NCBI GenBank assembly: GCA_021806095.1
Contig: JAJZYD010000001.1
Coordinates: 1 to 58,372 of the forward strand
Source of the DNA: Candidatus Micrarchaeota archaeon
GTDB lineage: Archaea; Micrarchaeota; Micrarchaeia; Micrarchaeales; Micrarchaeaceae
Direction: 5' to 3'
DNA length: 58,372 nt
Under the pieces are notes generated by a model. It was not told the origin of the DNA, searched no databases, and saw only the letters and a program-made list of their open reading frames with translations. Positions 39,427 through 46,884 of this stretch are shown here, piece after piece. Made by a program: the position numbers and the translations under genes. The first letter of the stretch is position 1, and each line of letters opens with the position of its first letter.

Positions 39427-40665
39427 TTAATAAACATTTTTTACCAGCCAATTAATTTGCTTTTCTTCAATATTAAAATTTCTTTCAAAACAAGAATAAA
39501 TTTTATCATCATCTTTATTATTTTGAAGTGCATTTCTAATCATATATGCTATCATAATTATTTCATTATTCATAATTCTAAATGTTCCTATATGTATTTT
39601 GCGTCTTAAATGTGTTGCAATTTCAAACAGCTTATTTCTAGATTCTTTTGATTTGCTTAATTCACTAATTCTCTTTGGAAATGAATATCTTTTATATTTA
39701 TTTGGATAAGAATGCTTTGAAAGTGCAATACCACTTGATATAAAAACATTTGTGTATCTCCAATATGCATAATATTGGATCTTTGATGCTCTATTAAAAA
39801 ACATACTGCCAAGTGATAGCATTTTATATGCAGCAGATATTTCATCAATATTATTATACCTATTAGTTATATTTTCATCAATCCACTGCATAAGCATCGA
39901 ATTTTCAACATCTGAATTTTGAATTGCGATAAGTGGTGCAGAATAAGTATTCGCAAAAAAAATTCTATCAAGAGTTGTAAATATATCTATTTTTCTATCT
40001 CTTACTCCAATAACCTCCGTGTATGATGATGGTGCATTATTTAGTACAAACAGATCCGATATTGCACTTCTTACATCGCCATTCGAATGATTTGAGATAT
40101 GGTCTATTATTTCTTTACTTGTTTTTATATTATATTTGTCTGCAATTTTTGTCAAAAACTGTGAAAGTTCATCTATATGCACACTGTTAAATTTTATCTG
40201 CTCTGTGCGCTCTCTTAAAAATGTTATCTTCTTATTCCATACATCATTTGCTGTAAATATTATAGGATTTTTTGAATTAACTATTAAATTAATTAATGCA
40301 GATGATGCCCCTTTATCAAATTTAGTAGAAAGTTCATCAATTTCATCAAGAAATATGAGGTTTTTTTGGCCAAACAATGTTCTACTTTGTGATGCAGCGG
40401 TCAATAGTCTTTCTATTGATTCTTTATCTCGATAATCACTTGCATTTAGTTCAACAATATGCCATTTGAATATTTTGGCAATAAGATTAACTATAGTTGT
40501 TTTGCCTACTCCTGAAGGTCCATAAATCATAAGTGGTCTGCGTCTTATATTATTATTTATATCTAATGCAAATTTTTTTATTTGTGATATTGCTTCTTTA
40601 TTACCTATAATTTCATCTATACTCTCAGGTTTGAATGATATATTATATGATTGTGATTCGTACAT
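39427..40665 (-). CDS. rfcL: Replication factor C large subunit
   Basis: AAA+ Walker A YGPSGVGKTT, Walker B LIFLDEIDEL, sensor and SRC-like region. 412 aa. Confidence 0.85.
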   Translation of the reverse strand: MYESQSYNISFKPESIDEIIGNKEAISQIKKFALDINNNIRRRPLMIYGPSGVGKTTIVNLIAKIFKWHIVELNASDYRDKESIERLLTAASQSRTLFGQKNLIFLDEIDELSTKFDKGASSALINLIVNSKNPIIFTANDVWNKKITFLRERTEQIKFNSVHIDELSQFLTKIADKYNIKTSKEIIDHISNHSNGDVRSAISDLFVLNNAPSSYTEVIGVRDRKIDIFTTLDRIFFANTYSAPLIAIQNSDVENSMLMQWIDENITNRYNNIDEISAAYKMLSLGSMFFNRASKIQYYAYWRYTNVFISSGIALSKHSYPNKYKRYSFPKRISELSKSKESRNKLFEIATHLRRKIHIGTFRIMNNEIIMIAYMIRNALQNNKDDDKIYSCFERNFNIEEKQINWLVKNVY

Positions 40666-40691
40666 TTATAATCACAAATTTATTGTTAATA

Positions 40692-41057
40692 TTAATTATG
40701 TGAAGGCGATATTTGTTTGAGCTTCAACATATTCCTATATTTATTAACCAATGCAACTGCCTGCGACACAGCTTTAATAACATCTGCTCTTGTATGTGCT
40801 CCTGTACATATCACCTTGCCATTCTTGAAAAGAAGGAGTGCCGCCTTGGGTTCGTGTATTTTTAATATTGCCCCTGGAAATTGTTCTGGTTCATAATCAA
40901 TATCTGGGGATATTTTAGCAAGATTATAAAGGTCAAGATCAACTTTCATATCTGCGCTTGCAACAATATTTTCTACATGATATGTTGGTTTTAATACAAC
41001 ATGTTTATACTTTGTCTCTATTTTTTTTGCATTTTTTCTTTCCTTTTTTCTTACCAT
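40692..41057 (-). CDS. tbp: Single-repeat TATA-box-binding-protein-like protein (half-size TBP) with a basic N-terminal tail
   Basis: VENIVASADMKVDLDLYNLAKISPDIDYEPEQFPGAILKIHEPKAALLLFKNGKVICTGAHTRADVIKAV matches one complete TBP repeat (ENIVAS...YEPEQFPG...LLFxSGKxVCTGA). The ORF is only 121 aa, flanked by noncoding DNA and rfcL. Confidence 0.8.
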   Translation of the reverse strand: MVRKKERKNAKKIETKYKHVVLKPTYHVENIVASADMKVDLDLYNLAKISPDIDYEPEQFPGAILKIHEPKAALLLFKNGKVICTGAHTRADVIKAVSQAVALVNKYRNMLKLKQISPSHN

Positions 41058-41309
41058 TTCAACACCAATTAAGCAAAATATGTATCAAAGCACAATTCTC
41101 CAATGCTTTGTGTTATTTGTTATAATTATATTTTTGAAATATTTAATATAATTTTTAATATATTTAATATAATAATATATAAATATATAATATAATGCTT
41201 GATATTCTACCTTATCTAAAAATTCTTAAATAATTGTTATAATAATAAATATCGCAATAATAAGAAATTATTAAATTATAAATAGTAAAATATAAATCTT
41301 TTAAATTTC

Positions 41310-43079
41310 TTATTTTAAAATTTTATTTATAAAAACAAATGAATCTTCTTCTTCCCCGATTTTTGTAAAATTATTTTTTGTCAATAAAGTTATTGAAGCA
41401 GTATTTTTCTTTTTTGATAATGCGTATACTTCTTTTATATTTATATCATTCATTTTTTTAATTATTTTGTTTAATAAGTCTGTTGCAATTCCTTTGCGCC
41501 TATATTCCTGTTTTATAGCAATACCCAATTCAAAGCGCTTTTTATTTTGATTCCATACAACGTTTGAAAAACCCACTACTACATTTATTGAATTATTTAT
41601 TGCTAAAAGAAAATATCCTTTTTTCATTTCCATATTTCTTATATTGTATCCAATCCATTTATCAATATCTATTATTTTATATAACTCCATTTGACTGTCT
41701 TCTTCTTTTTTAAGATCATTTATAAGTTTTTTAATGTGCTCTAAATAATCTAAATTTAAAGGTATTAATACAATTTTCTTAATCTCTTTATAATAATAAT
41801 ACTCTAGCAAATATCTTAATATTTCATTAATTACTGTACAAGAATATTTATCTATAAATCCTAATTTGCCTGTTTTTGTATATATATCATATGCACAACT
41901 TCCTCCACATAATCCAAGAGCAGGACAATTCCAGCATTCCTCATTATATAGAGGAATGCCCATTTTTATCCATTCATACATTAAAGGATTCTTGGTAGCT
42001 AAGAAACCGTTTGCTATTTTATCTTGATACAAATCTGCGGTAAAAAATGCTTGACATGGTCCAAGGGTTCCTTTTGGTGAAAATGCAATTTGCTGACCAT
42101 ACGCAGGACAGTCATAAAATTTAGGTATTTCATTAAATAAAGATTCTGCCCGTCTTCTTCCTATCCTATCCTCATATATATTTAATTCTTGAGCTCTTGT
42201 AAATCCCCTAAATAAATAATATGCAAGAATTTTAGGATCTTCAACTGCATAATCTTTATTTGTTGCATCAAGAATAATATTAAAACCAATTGCTTTAACA
42301 CCTAATTCATAAAAGAAATCAACTATTTTATCAAGAAAAAGATAATTGAATTTTGTTACTGTGCAAGATATTCCAGGTGATATTCCATTTTGTTTTAATA
42401 TAGACAGTGCTTTTATTACATCAAAAAAACTTTCATTGTTATTTTTATATACTCTATTTTTATTTAAATTTCCCCACCCATCTAAGGACAAACTGATACC
42501 AAAAGCATGTTCTTTAAAATATTTAGCTATTTCATCATTCATTAGACTTCCATTAGTTATTATACTAAATTTAAATTTGTCTTTATTGATTGCTTCAAAT
42601 TGTTCTACAAAATATTTTAAAATTTTAATGTTTAATAAAGGTTCACCCCCATAAAATATAATCTTATATTTATCAATATTTTTAGAATTATTCTTTATAA
42701 TCTTGATAATGTTGTCTGCTTGATTCTCATTCATAAAACTGCGTTTTGAAGAAAGTGCATTTTCAATATAACAATATTTACATCTAAAATTACATTCATC
42801 AGTTAATAAAATATAAGACATTGAAGGATTTGGTGCTTTAATTGTTTTAGTTTGAATTATTTTATTAATAGCTTCTTTTTTATTATAATTATCATTTACT
42901 ATAAACTTTAGTTTTTTTAGATTTTCTACGCTCTCATTATCTGCATTAGTTTGTATATCCTTAATCAATTGTTTATACTCAATATTGTTCATATATACTT
43001 TTTTTAATGAGAGAGAATGAAATAAACATATTTGATCCTTGCAACAATCAAATACATAAACAAATGGAGATATTTTCAA
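41310..43079 (-). CDS. Radical SAM / SPASM-domain peptide-modifying enzyme fused to a C-terminal GNAT N-acetyltransferase
   Basis: rSAM cluster CNFRCKYC. SPASM motifs C-x12-G-x4-C (CPAYGQQIAFSPKGTLGPC) and C-x2-C-x5-C-x3-C (CWNCPALGLCGGSC), plus a downstream Cys. GNAT motif A QEYRRKGIATDLL in the last ~150 aa. The N-terminal ~85 aa before the cluster could be an RRE. TTG start preceded by AAGTGA. Confidence 0.85.
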   Translation of the reverse strand: MKISPFVYVFDCCKDQICLFHSLSLKKVYMNNIEYKQLIKDIQTNADNESVENLKKLKFIVNDNYNKKEAINKIIQTKTIKAPNPSMSYILLTDECNFRCKYCYIENALSSKRSFMNENQADNIIKIIKNNSKNIDKYKIIFYGGEPLLNIKILKYFVEQFEAINKDKFKFSIITNGSLMNDEIAKYFKEHAFGISLSLDGWGNLNKNRVYKNNNESFFDVIKALSILKQNGISPGISCTVTKFNYLFLDKIVDFFYELGVKAIGFNIILDATNKDYAVEDPKILAYYLFRGFTRAQELNIYEDRIGRRRAESLFNEIPKFYDCPAYGQQIAFSPKGTLGPCQAFFTADLYQDKIANGFLATKNPLMYEWIKMGIPLYNEECWNCPALGLCGGSCAYDIYTKTGKLGFIDKYSCTVINEILRYLLEYYYYKEIKKIVLIPLNLDYLEHIKKLINDLKKEEDSQMELYKIIDIDKWIGYNIRNMEMKKGYFLLAINNSINVVVGFSNVVWNQNKKRFELGIAIKQEYRRKGIATDLLNKIIKKMNDINIKEVYALSKKKNTASITLLTKNNFTKIGEEEDSFVFINKILK

Positions 43080-43104
43080 GTATTCACTTAATTATTGTTA
43101 AAAA

Positions 43105-43275
43105 TTATAGTAATTCTATTATTTTTATATTATTGTCTTGTGGGCCACTGCATATACAATCGCAATCATTTCCGTCACAATCGCCTCCACCACAATAACC
43201 ATAATCGCATTCACTACATACATTCGATTCTATATCTTTTTGATTATATAGTAATATAGGTTTTGATATTTTCAT
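43105..43275 (-). CDS. Cys/Asp-rich 56-aa peptide, candidate precursor/substrate of the adjacent rSAM-SPASM enzyme (not in the ORF track)
   Basis: Own translation: MKISKPILLYNQKDIESNVCSECDYGYCGGGDCDGNDCDCICSGPQDNNIKIIELL*. AGTGGT SD-like motif 3 nt upstream of the ATG. Same strand as, and 25 nt upstream of, the rSAM gene. G+C-rich island in an AT-rich spacer. Confidence 0.65.
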   Translation of the reverse strand: MKISKPILLYNQKDIESNVCSECDYGYCGGGDCDGNDCDCICSGPQDNNIKIIELL

Positions 43276-43304
43276 GTTACCACTATAATACTCTCACTGG
43301 AAAG

Positions 43305-43314
43305 CTTTAAATAT
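43305..43314 (-). promoter_or_regulatory. TATA-like box for the peptide/rSAM operon
   Basis: The minus strand reads atatttaaag about 30-40 nt upstream of the peptide ATG. No other gene starts in this spacer. Confidence 0.3.
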
Positions 43315-43511
43315 CTTGCATGCTTTTGCTTTTGTATTAGATTGATTTAAAATAAAAAATAAGATTTTAAAAGAGGATGAAACAATAAATATAAATTTAA
43401 TCCATCAGATCAAGATATGCCCTATTTATATAACAATAAAACAGCACAAGAAGTAATTGAAAAAAAAAAAGAAAAAGGTAGGAAACAATATTTATTTCAT
43501 TTTATAAAATT

Positions 43512-44408
43512 CTATTTTTTATTGCTTGAGATGAATACTAATAAAGCTTCATTAATTATTAATTTATTCCTTGCCTGCTCCCATACTATGCTCTGCTTTC
43601 CGTCAAGTATATCAGAAGTTATTTCCTCACCTCTATGTGCTGGTAAGCAGTGCATGACCTTTGCTGATGGAGCAATTTTTAGAACCGATGAGTTAAGCTG
43701 ATAAGGAGCAAATAGTTTTTTGCGATTTTCTGCTTCTACTTCTTGGCCCATACTAACAAATGTATCTGTATATATGAAGTCCGCATCTTTTACACCTTCT
43801 TTTATTGAATCTGTAATATTAATATTGAAATCTTTATTGTTTTCTTCTGCAATTTTTATAATGCCGCTGTTAGGATTATATTTTTTTGGGCCAATCAAAC
43901 TAATCTTCATGCCAAATTTTGATGCAACAAGCATTAATGAATTTGCGGTATTGGCTGCTATGTCTCCTATAAAGGCAACTTTTCCGCTTTTTAATTTTTT
44001 ATATTTTTTCATTGTATAGACGTCGGCAAGCGCCTGTGTTGGATGTTCTAAATCAGTAAGCGAATTGATTACCTGGGCTGAGGAATATTCTGCCATGGTT
44101 TTGATATCTTTATGATTATAAAGTCGTGCAGCTATAAAATCAGAGTATAATCCAAGAATCTTTGATGTATCTTCAATGCTTTCGCCTCTCGACATATGTG
44201 TTGTCGATGAATCAATATAAGAAGATGAGCCACCTAATCGGGCTATTGCAACTTCAAATGATAGCCTTGTTCTTGTTGAAGGTTTTTCAAAGAAGAGCGT
44301 TAAAAATTTCTTTACTTTAAAGGACTTCCCTGATGATATTTGGTCTGCAATCAAAAATATTTTGTTAATATCATTGAGACTAAGATCATTAGCACTTAGT
44401 ATATGCAT
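43512..44408 (-). CDS. argF: Ornithine carbamoyltransferase
   Basis: STRTR, HPTQALAD, DTFVSMG and HCLPAHRGEE. HCLP is diagnostic for OTC as opposed to ATCase (HPLPR). Confidence 0.88.
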   Translation of the reverse strand: MHILSANDLSLNDINKIFLIADQISSGKSFKVKKFLTLFFEKPSTRTRLSFEVAIARLGGSSSYIDSSTTHMSRGESIEDTSKILGLYSDFIAARLYNHKDIKTMAEYSSAQVINSLTDLEHPTQALADVYTMKKYKKLKSGKVAFIGDIAANTANSLMLVASKFGMKISLIGPKKYNPNSGIIKIAEENNKDFNINITDSIKEGVKDADFIYTDTFVSMGQEVEAENRKKLFAPYQLNSSVLKIAPSAKVMHCLPAHRGEEITSDILDGKQSIVWEQARNKLIINEALLVFISSNKK

Positions 44409-44453
44409 TCCTAATCATCCATTAAAGATTAAATAATATAAAACAAATAAATA

Positions 44454-44909
44454 TCAGCCAAAGATTGATCCAAATCCTTGATTTGCCCTTGAATCTTCAT
44501 CTTCTTTTATTGCTATAAATTTCTTTTCTATTTCAGGATCTGTTCTTTTTATTGTTTTAAAGTCTCTTTTAAATTTTTCTTCTGCAAGATCTAAAAATTC
44601 ATCTGTCGCTTTTAAATAAAGATAGCTTTTGCTTGTTTCTATTCCAAGTGCTCTACCTTCCCTTAAATCATAATCTTGTCTAACAAAGATAACATTTGCA
44701 AGTTTATCTTCTGAAAGCTTCTTCAATGATTCAGCAGCTCTTGCTTCTTTATCTTTATATTCCTTAAGCTGTTCTGGTGTCATTTTAGCTATATCTTTAT
44801 TACTGAGTTCCGGCACTTTAGGTATTAAATTATTATCTAAATAAGGATCGTAGCTTAATACCTTCTTTAATTCTTTAACCTCTGATTCATCACATTCATA
44901 TACACGCAT
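44454..44909 (-). CDS. Conserved hypothetical protein with an acidic, ribosomal-stalk-like C-terminal tail (…EDEDSRANQGFGSIFG)
   Basis: ORF directly downstream of rps8e. The ATG at 44909 is preceded by AGTGG; the ORF track uses GTG at 44924. Charged helical protein with no catalytic motifs. Confidence 0.5.
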   Translation of the reverse strand: MRVYECDESEVKELKKVLSYDPYLDNNLIPKVPELSNKDIAKMTPEQLKEYKDKEARAAESLKKLSEDKLANVIFVRQDYDLREGRALGIETSKSYLYLKATDEFLDLAEEKFKRDFKTIKRTDPEIEKKFIAIKEDEDSRANQGFGSIFG

Positions 44910-44916
44910 AGCCACT

Positions 44917-45327
44917 TTAAGCACCTACTAATTTTGCATTTATGCTTCCATCTCTTCCAGGCCTGTTTATTACTTCAACTTTACCTAATTCAGTGTTTAA
45001 AATAGTCCCTTTTGTTATAATATTTTGTCTGGCAAAGTTTTTGTTGTCTTTTGATTCAAGCACACCTTTTATTTTAACTTTTTTGTAACCTTCCTTTGTT
45101 AAAACATTAGCATAAGCCGCATGCTTCAATACAACACTTCTTCTGCCACCTCGTCTTCTTACTGTCTTAACTTTATTTTTATCCTCTTTTACATCTGCAA
45201 GTTTTGTCGATACAAAATAATTTCCTATTTCACTTCTTTTTTTGTCTCTAAATTTTATCTTCTTTTTACCATTCCCAACTTTCTTTGTATGGGATTTTCT
45301 ATGTAGTTGTACTCCAAATTGACTCAT
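44917..45327 (-). CDS. rps8e: 30S ribosomal protein S8e
   Basis: N-terminal QLHRKSHTKKVGNGKK... and C-terminal GKVEVINRPGRDGSINAKL match eS8. Confidence 0.9.
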   Translation of the reverse strand: MSQFGVQLHRKSHTKKVGNGKKKIKFRDKKRSEIGNYFVSTKLADVKEDKNKVKTVRRRGGRRSVVLKHAAYANVLTKEGYKKVKIKGVLESKDNKNFARQNIITKGTILNTELGKVEVINRPGRDGSINAKLVGA

Positions 45328-45467
45328 TTAATCACTGATTTTATATATTTTTAAATTATAATTAAATTATTATCAATCTTTCTGATAATAAATTATATAT
45401 TACTATCGATTATATTCATGATCTATGCTTTCTTTAAATATATAAATTAATTCTATAATTTTGTTTT

Positions 45468-46028
45468 TTAGTTTAAATTTTTTCTATATAATTCTATGTA
45501 CTCTGGTTTGCCGCTCTTCAATCTGCTTTCAATTATTTTGATTGCGCTGCAAGTGAAAGTACCAAATTCAAATGTCTGTTTCTCTTTTATTATAGATAAG
45601 AATTTATTCCTATTATTATAATCTATATACTTGACTCTTGCTAATGTTATATGCGGCTTATAAACTTTTTTGATATCTGCATTCAATTTTGAAGCTGTTG
45701 GAAGCAAATAATTATATATTTTATTTATATTATCAGTATTTTCTATATCTGCAAATATTATTCGTAAATTTTTACCGTCAAAAGTATTGAAACTTTTTAA
45801 TGAAATCTTAAAACTTTGCATATCAAGTTTATCAAGCAGTTCTTTTATTTCTTCTAGTTTGTCTTTTTGTACATGTTCAAAAAAGAATAGTGTTATATGC
45901 AATTGACTTATATCTACTATTTTTACATTATCTTTGATTGGTTTAAGAAAATTTTTTGCGCTATTATGTAGAATTCTTTTTGCTTCATCTGGCAATTCTA
46001 TAGCAATGAAAGCTCTAATCATATCCAT
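45468..46028 (-). CDS. thpR: RNA 2',3'-cyclic phosphodiesterase (ThpR/LigT, 2H phosphoesterase)
   Basis: Two H-x-T-x motifs (LHITLFF and PHITLAR) at the expected spacing. About 186 aa. Confidence 0.85.
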   Translation of the reverse strand: MDMIRAFIAIELPDEAKRILHNSAKNFLKPIKDNVKIVDISQLHITLFFFEHVQKDKLEEIKELLDKLDMQSFKISLKSFNTFDGKNLRIIFADIENTDNINKIYNYLLPTASKLNADIKKVYKPHITLARVKYIDYNNRNKFLSIIKEKQTFEFGTFTCSAIKIIESRLKSGKPEYIELYRKNLN

Positions 46029-46214
46029 ATTATCAATATTTATTATTTATATTTAATTTTTATATATAAAGTGCCTTTTTATAGATTTCTTTTATAAATA
46101 TATATTATCGTTAATTTATTATTAATTTATTGTTAATTATCATTAAATTTATATTAAAATTTTCGAACTTTGATCAATGATGTTTATAATTTTAAATTTG
46201 ATAGCAGTGTTTTT

Positions 46215-46883
46215 ATGGAGTATAAAGATTATAGTGATGTTACAGTAATAATTCCAGTAAAAAATGAACCAATGATAGAAGAAGTGTTAAAGGATATTAT
46301 AAATAAATTGAAAAATTGCAAGGTAATCATTGTATATAATGGAAATATAAACATAAAAAACAATCATAAAAATTTAATGCAGCTCAAGCAGAATTCAAAT
46401 GGAAAAGGCATGGCTTGTGTTGAAGCGTCTAAATATGTTAAAACAAATATAATGTGCTTTATAGATGGAGATAAAACATACGAAGTAAATGATCTCAAAA
46501 AGCTTGTCGAATTGGTTAGGAATGATGCAGATTTGGCAATAGGAGACAGACAAATAACAAAGCTTGATAAAAAAGTAATGCCAGATTATGTTAAAATAGG
46601 AAATTTAATTTTGACATATATTGAAAGGATATTGTATAAATTGGATATAAGAGACTCACAGACAGGTATAAGAGTAATAAAAACAAAAGTTTTTAAAAAA
46701 CTTAATATAAACGAAAAAGAATTTGGAATAGAATCAGAAATGAATATAAAAGCAAAAAAAATGAATTTGAAGATTGTTGAAATACCTGTAAGTTATTATC
46801 AACGAAGCGATAACGCCAGGCATTCAAAACCTATTGGTGGTTTTAAACTTTTATGGATAAATCTAAAATATTTATTTAAATAA
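46215..46883 (+). CDS. Family 2 glycosyltransferase (dolichyl-phosphate sugar synthase-like)
   Basis: VTVIIPVKNE, a DGD motif (FIDGDKTY), and SQTGIRVI. The ORF track starts at TTG 46170. Confidence 0.8.
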   Translation: MEYKDYSDVTVIIPVKNEPMIEEVLKDIINKLKNCKVIIVYNGNINIKNNHKNLMQLKQNSNGKGMACVEASKYVKTNIMCFIDGDKTYEVNDLKKLVELVRNDADLAIGDRQITKLDKKVMPDYVKIGNLILTYIERILYKLDIRDSQTGIRVIKTKVFKKLNINEKEFGIESEMNIKAKKMNLKIVEIPVSYYQRSDNARHSKPIGGFKLLWINLKYLFK

Positions 46884-46884
46884 T

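Noticed and set aside
40692-41057. Half-TBP as an artefact of a frameshift splitting a normal two-repeat tbp
   Set aside because: The upstream 250 nt are AT-rich with stops in all frames and no TBP-like translation. Downstream, the rfcL start follows after 27 nt. No second repeat is present in any frame, so the gene is genuinely single-repeat in this assembly.
41086-41110. Inverted repeat caaagca-N11-tgctttg between the rSAM gene and tbp
   Set aside because: It is a 7-bp stem about 200 nt downstream of the rSAM stop and 29 nt upstream of the tbp start. It could be a leader or operator element, but a single short stem in AT-rich DNA is not distinguishable from chance by eye.
41310-43079. Interpretation of the rSAM+GNAT protein as an archaeal Elp3 (tRNA cm5U elongator) homologue
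   Set aside because: Elp3 lacks a SPASM domain. This protein has the full C-x12-G-x4-C / C-x2-C-x5-C-x3-C SPASM signature and a standard CxxxCxxC cluster about 95 aa from the N-terminus, plus an adjacent Cys-rich peptide gene. The Elp3 resemblance is only in domain order.
41310-43079. Interpretation as an anaerobic sulfatase-maturating enzyme (anSME)
   Set aside because: anSMEs also carry SPASM domains, but no sulfatase gene or C/S-x-P/A-x-R substrate motif is nearby. The GNAT fusion and the upstream Cys/Asp peptide point to peptide maturation. This cannot be fully excluded without phylogeny.
43007-43198. 63-aa plus-strand ORF overlapping the rSAM start and the Cys-rich peptide gene
   Set aside because: It is antisense to two minus-strand genes that have SD motifs and recognisable features. 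Its Ser/Pro/Gln C-terminus is simply the reverse-complement reading of the Cys/Asp/Gly codons.
43417-43701. 94-aa plus-strand ORF
   Set aside because: Most of it is antisense to the well-supported ornithine carbamoyltransferase gene. It has no motifs and no SD.
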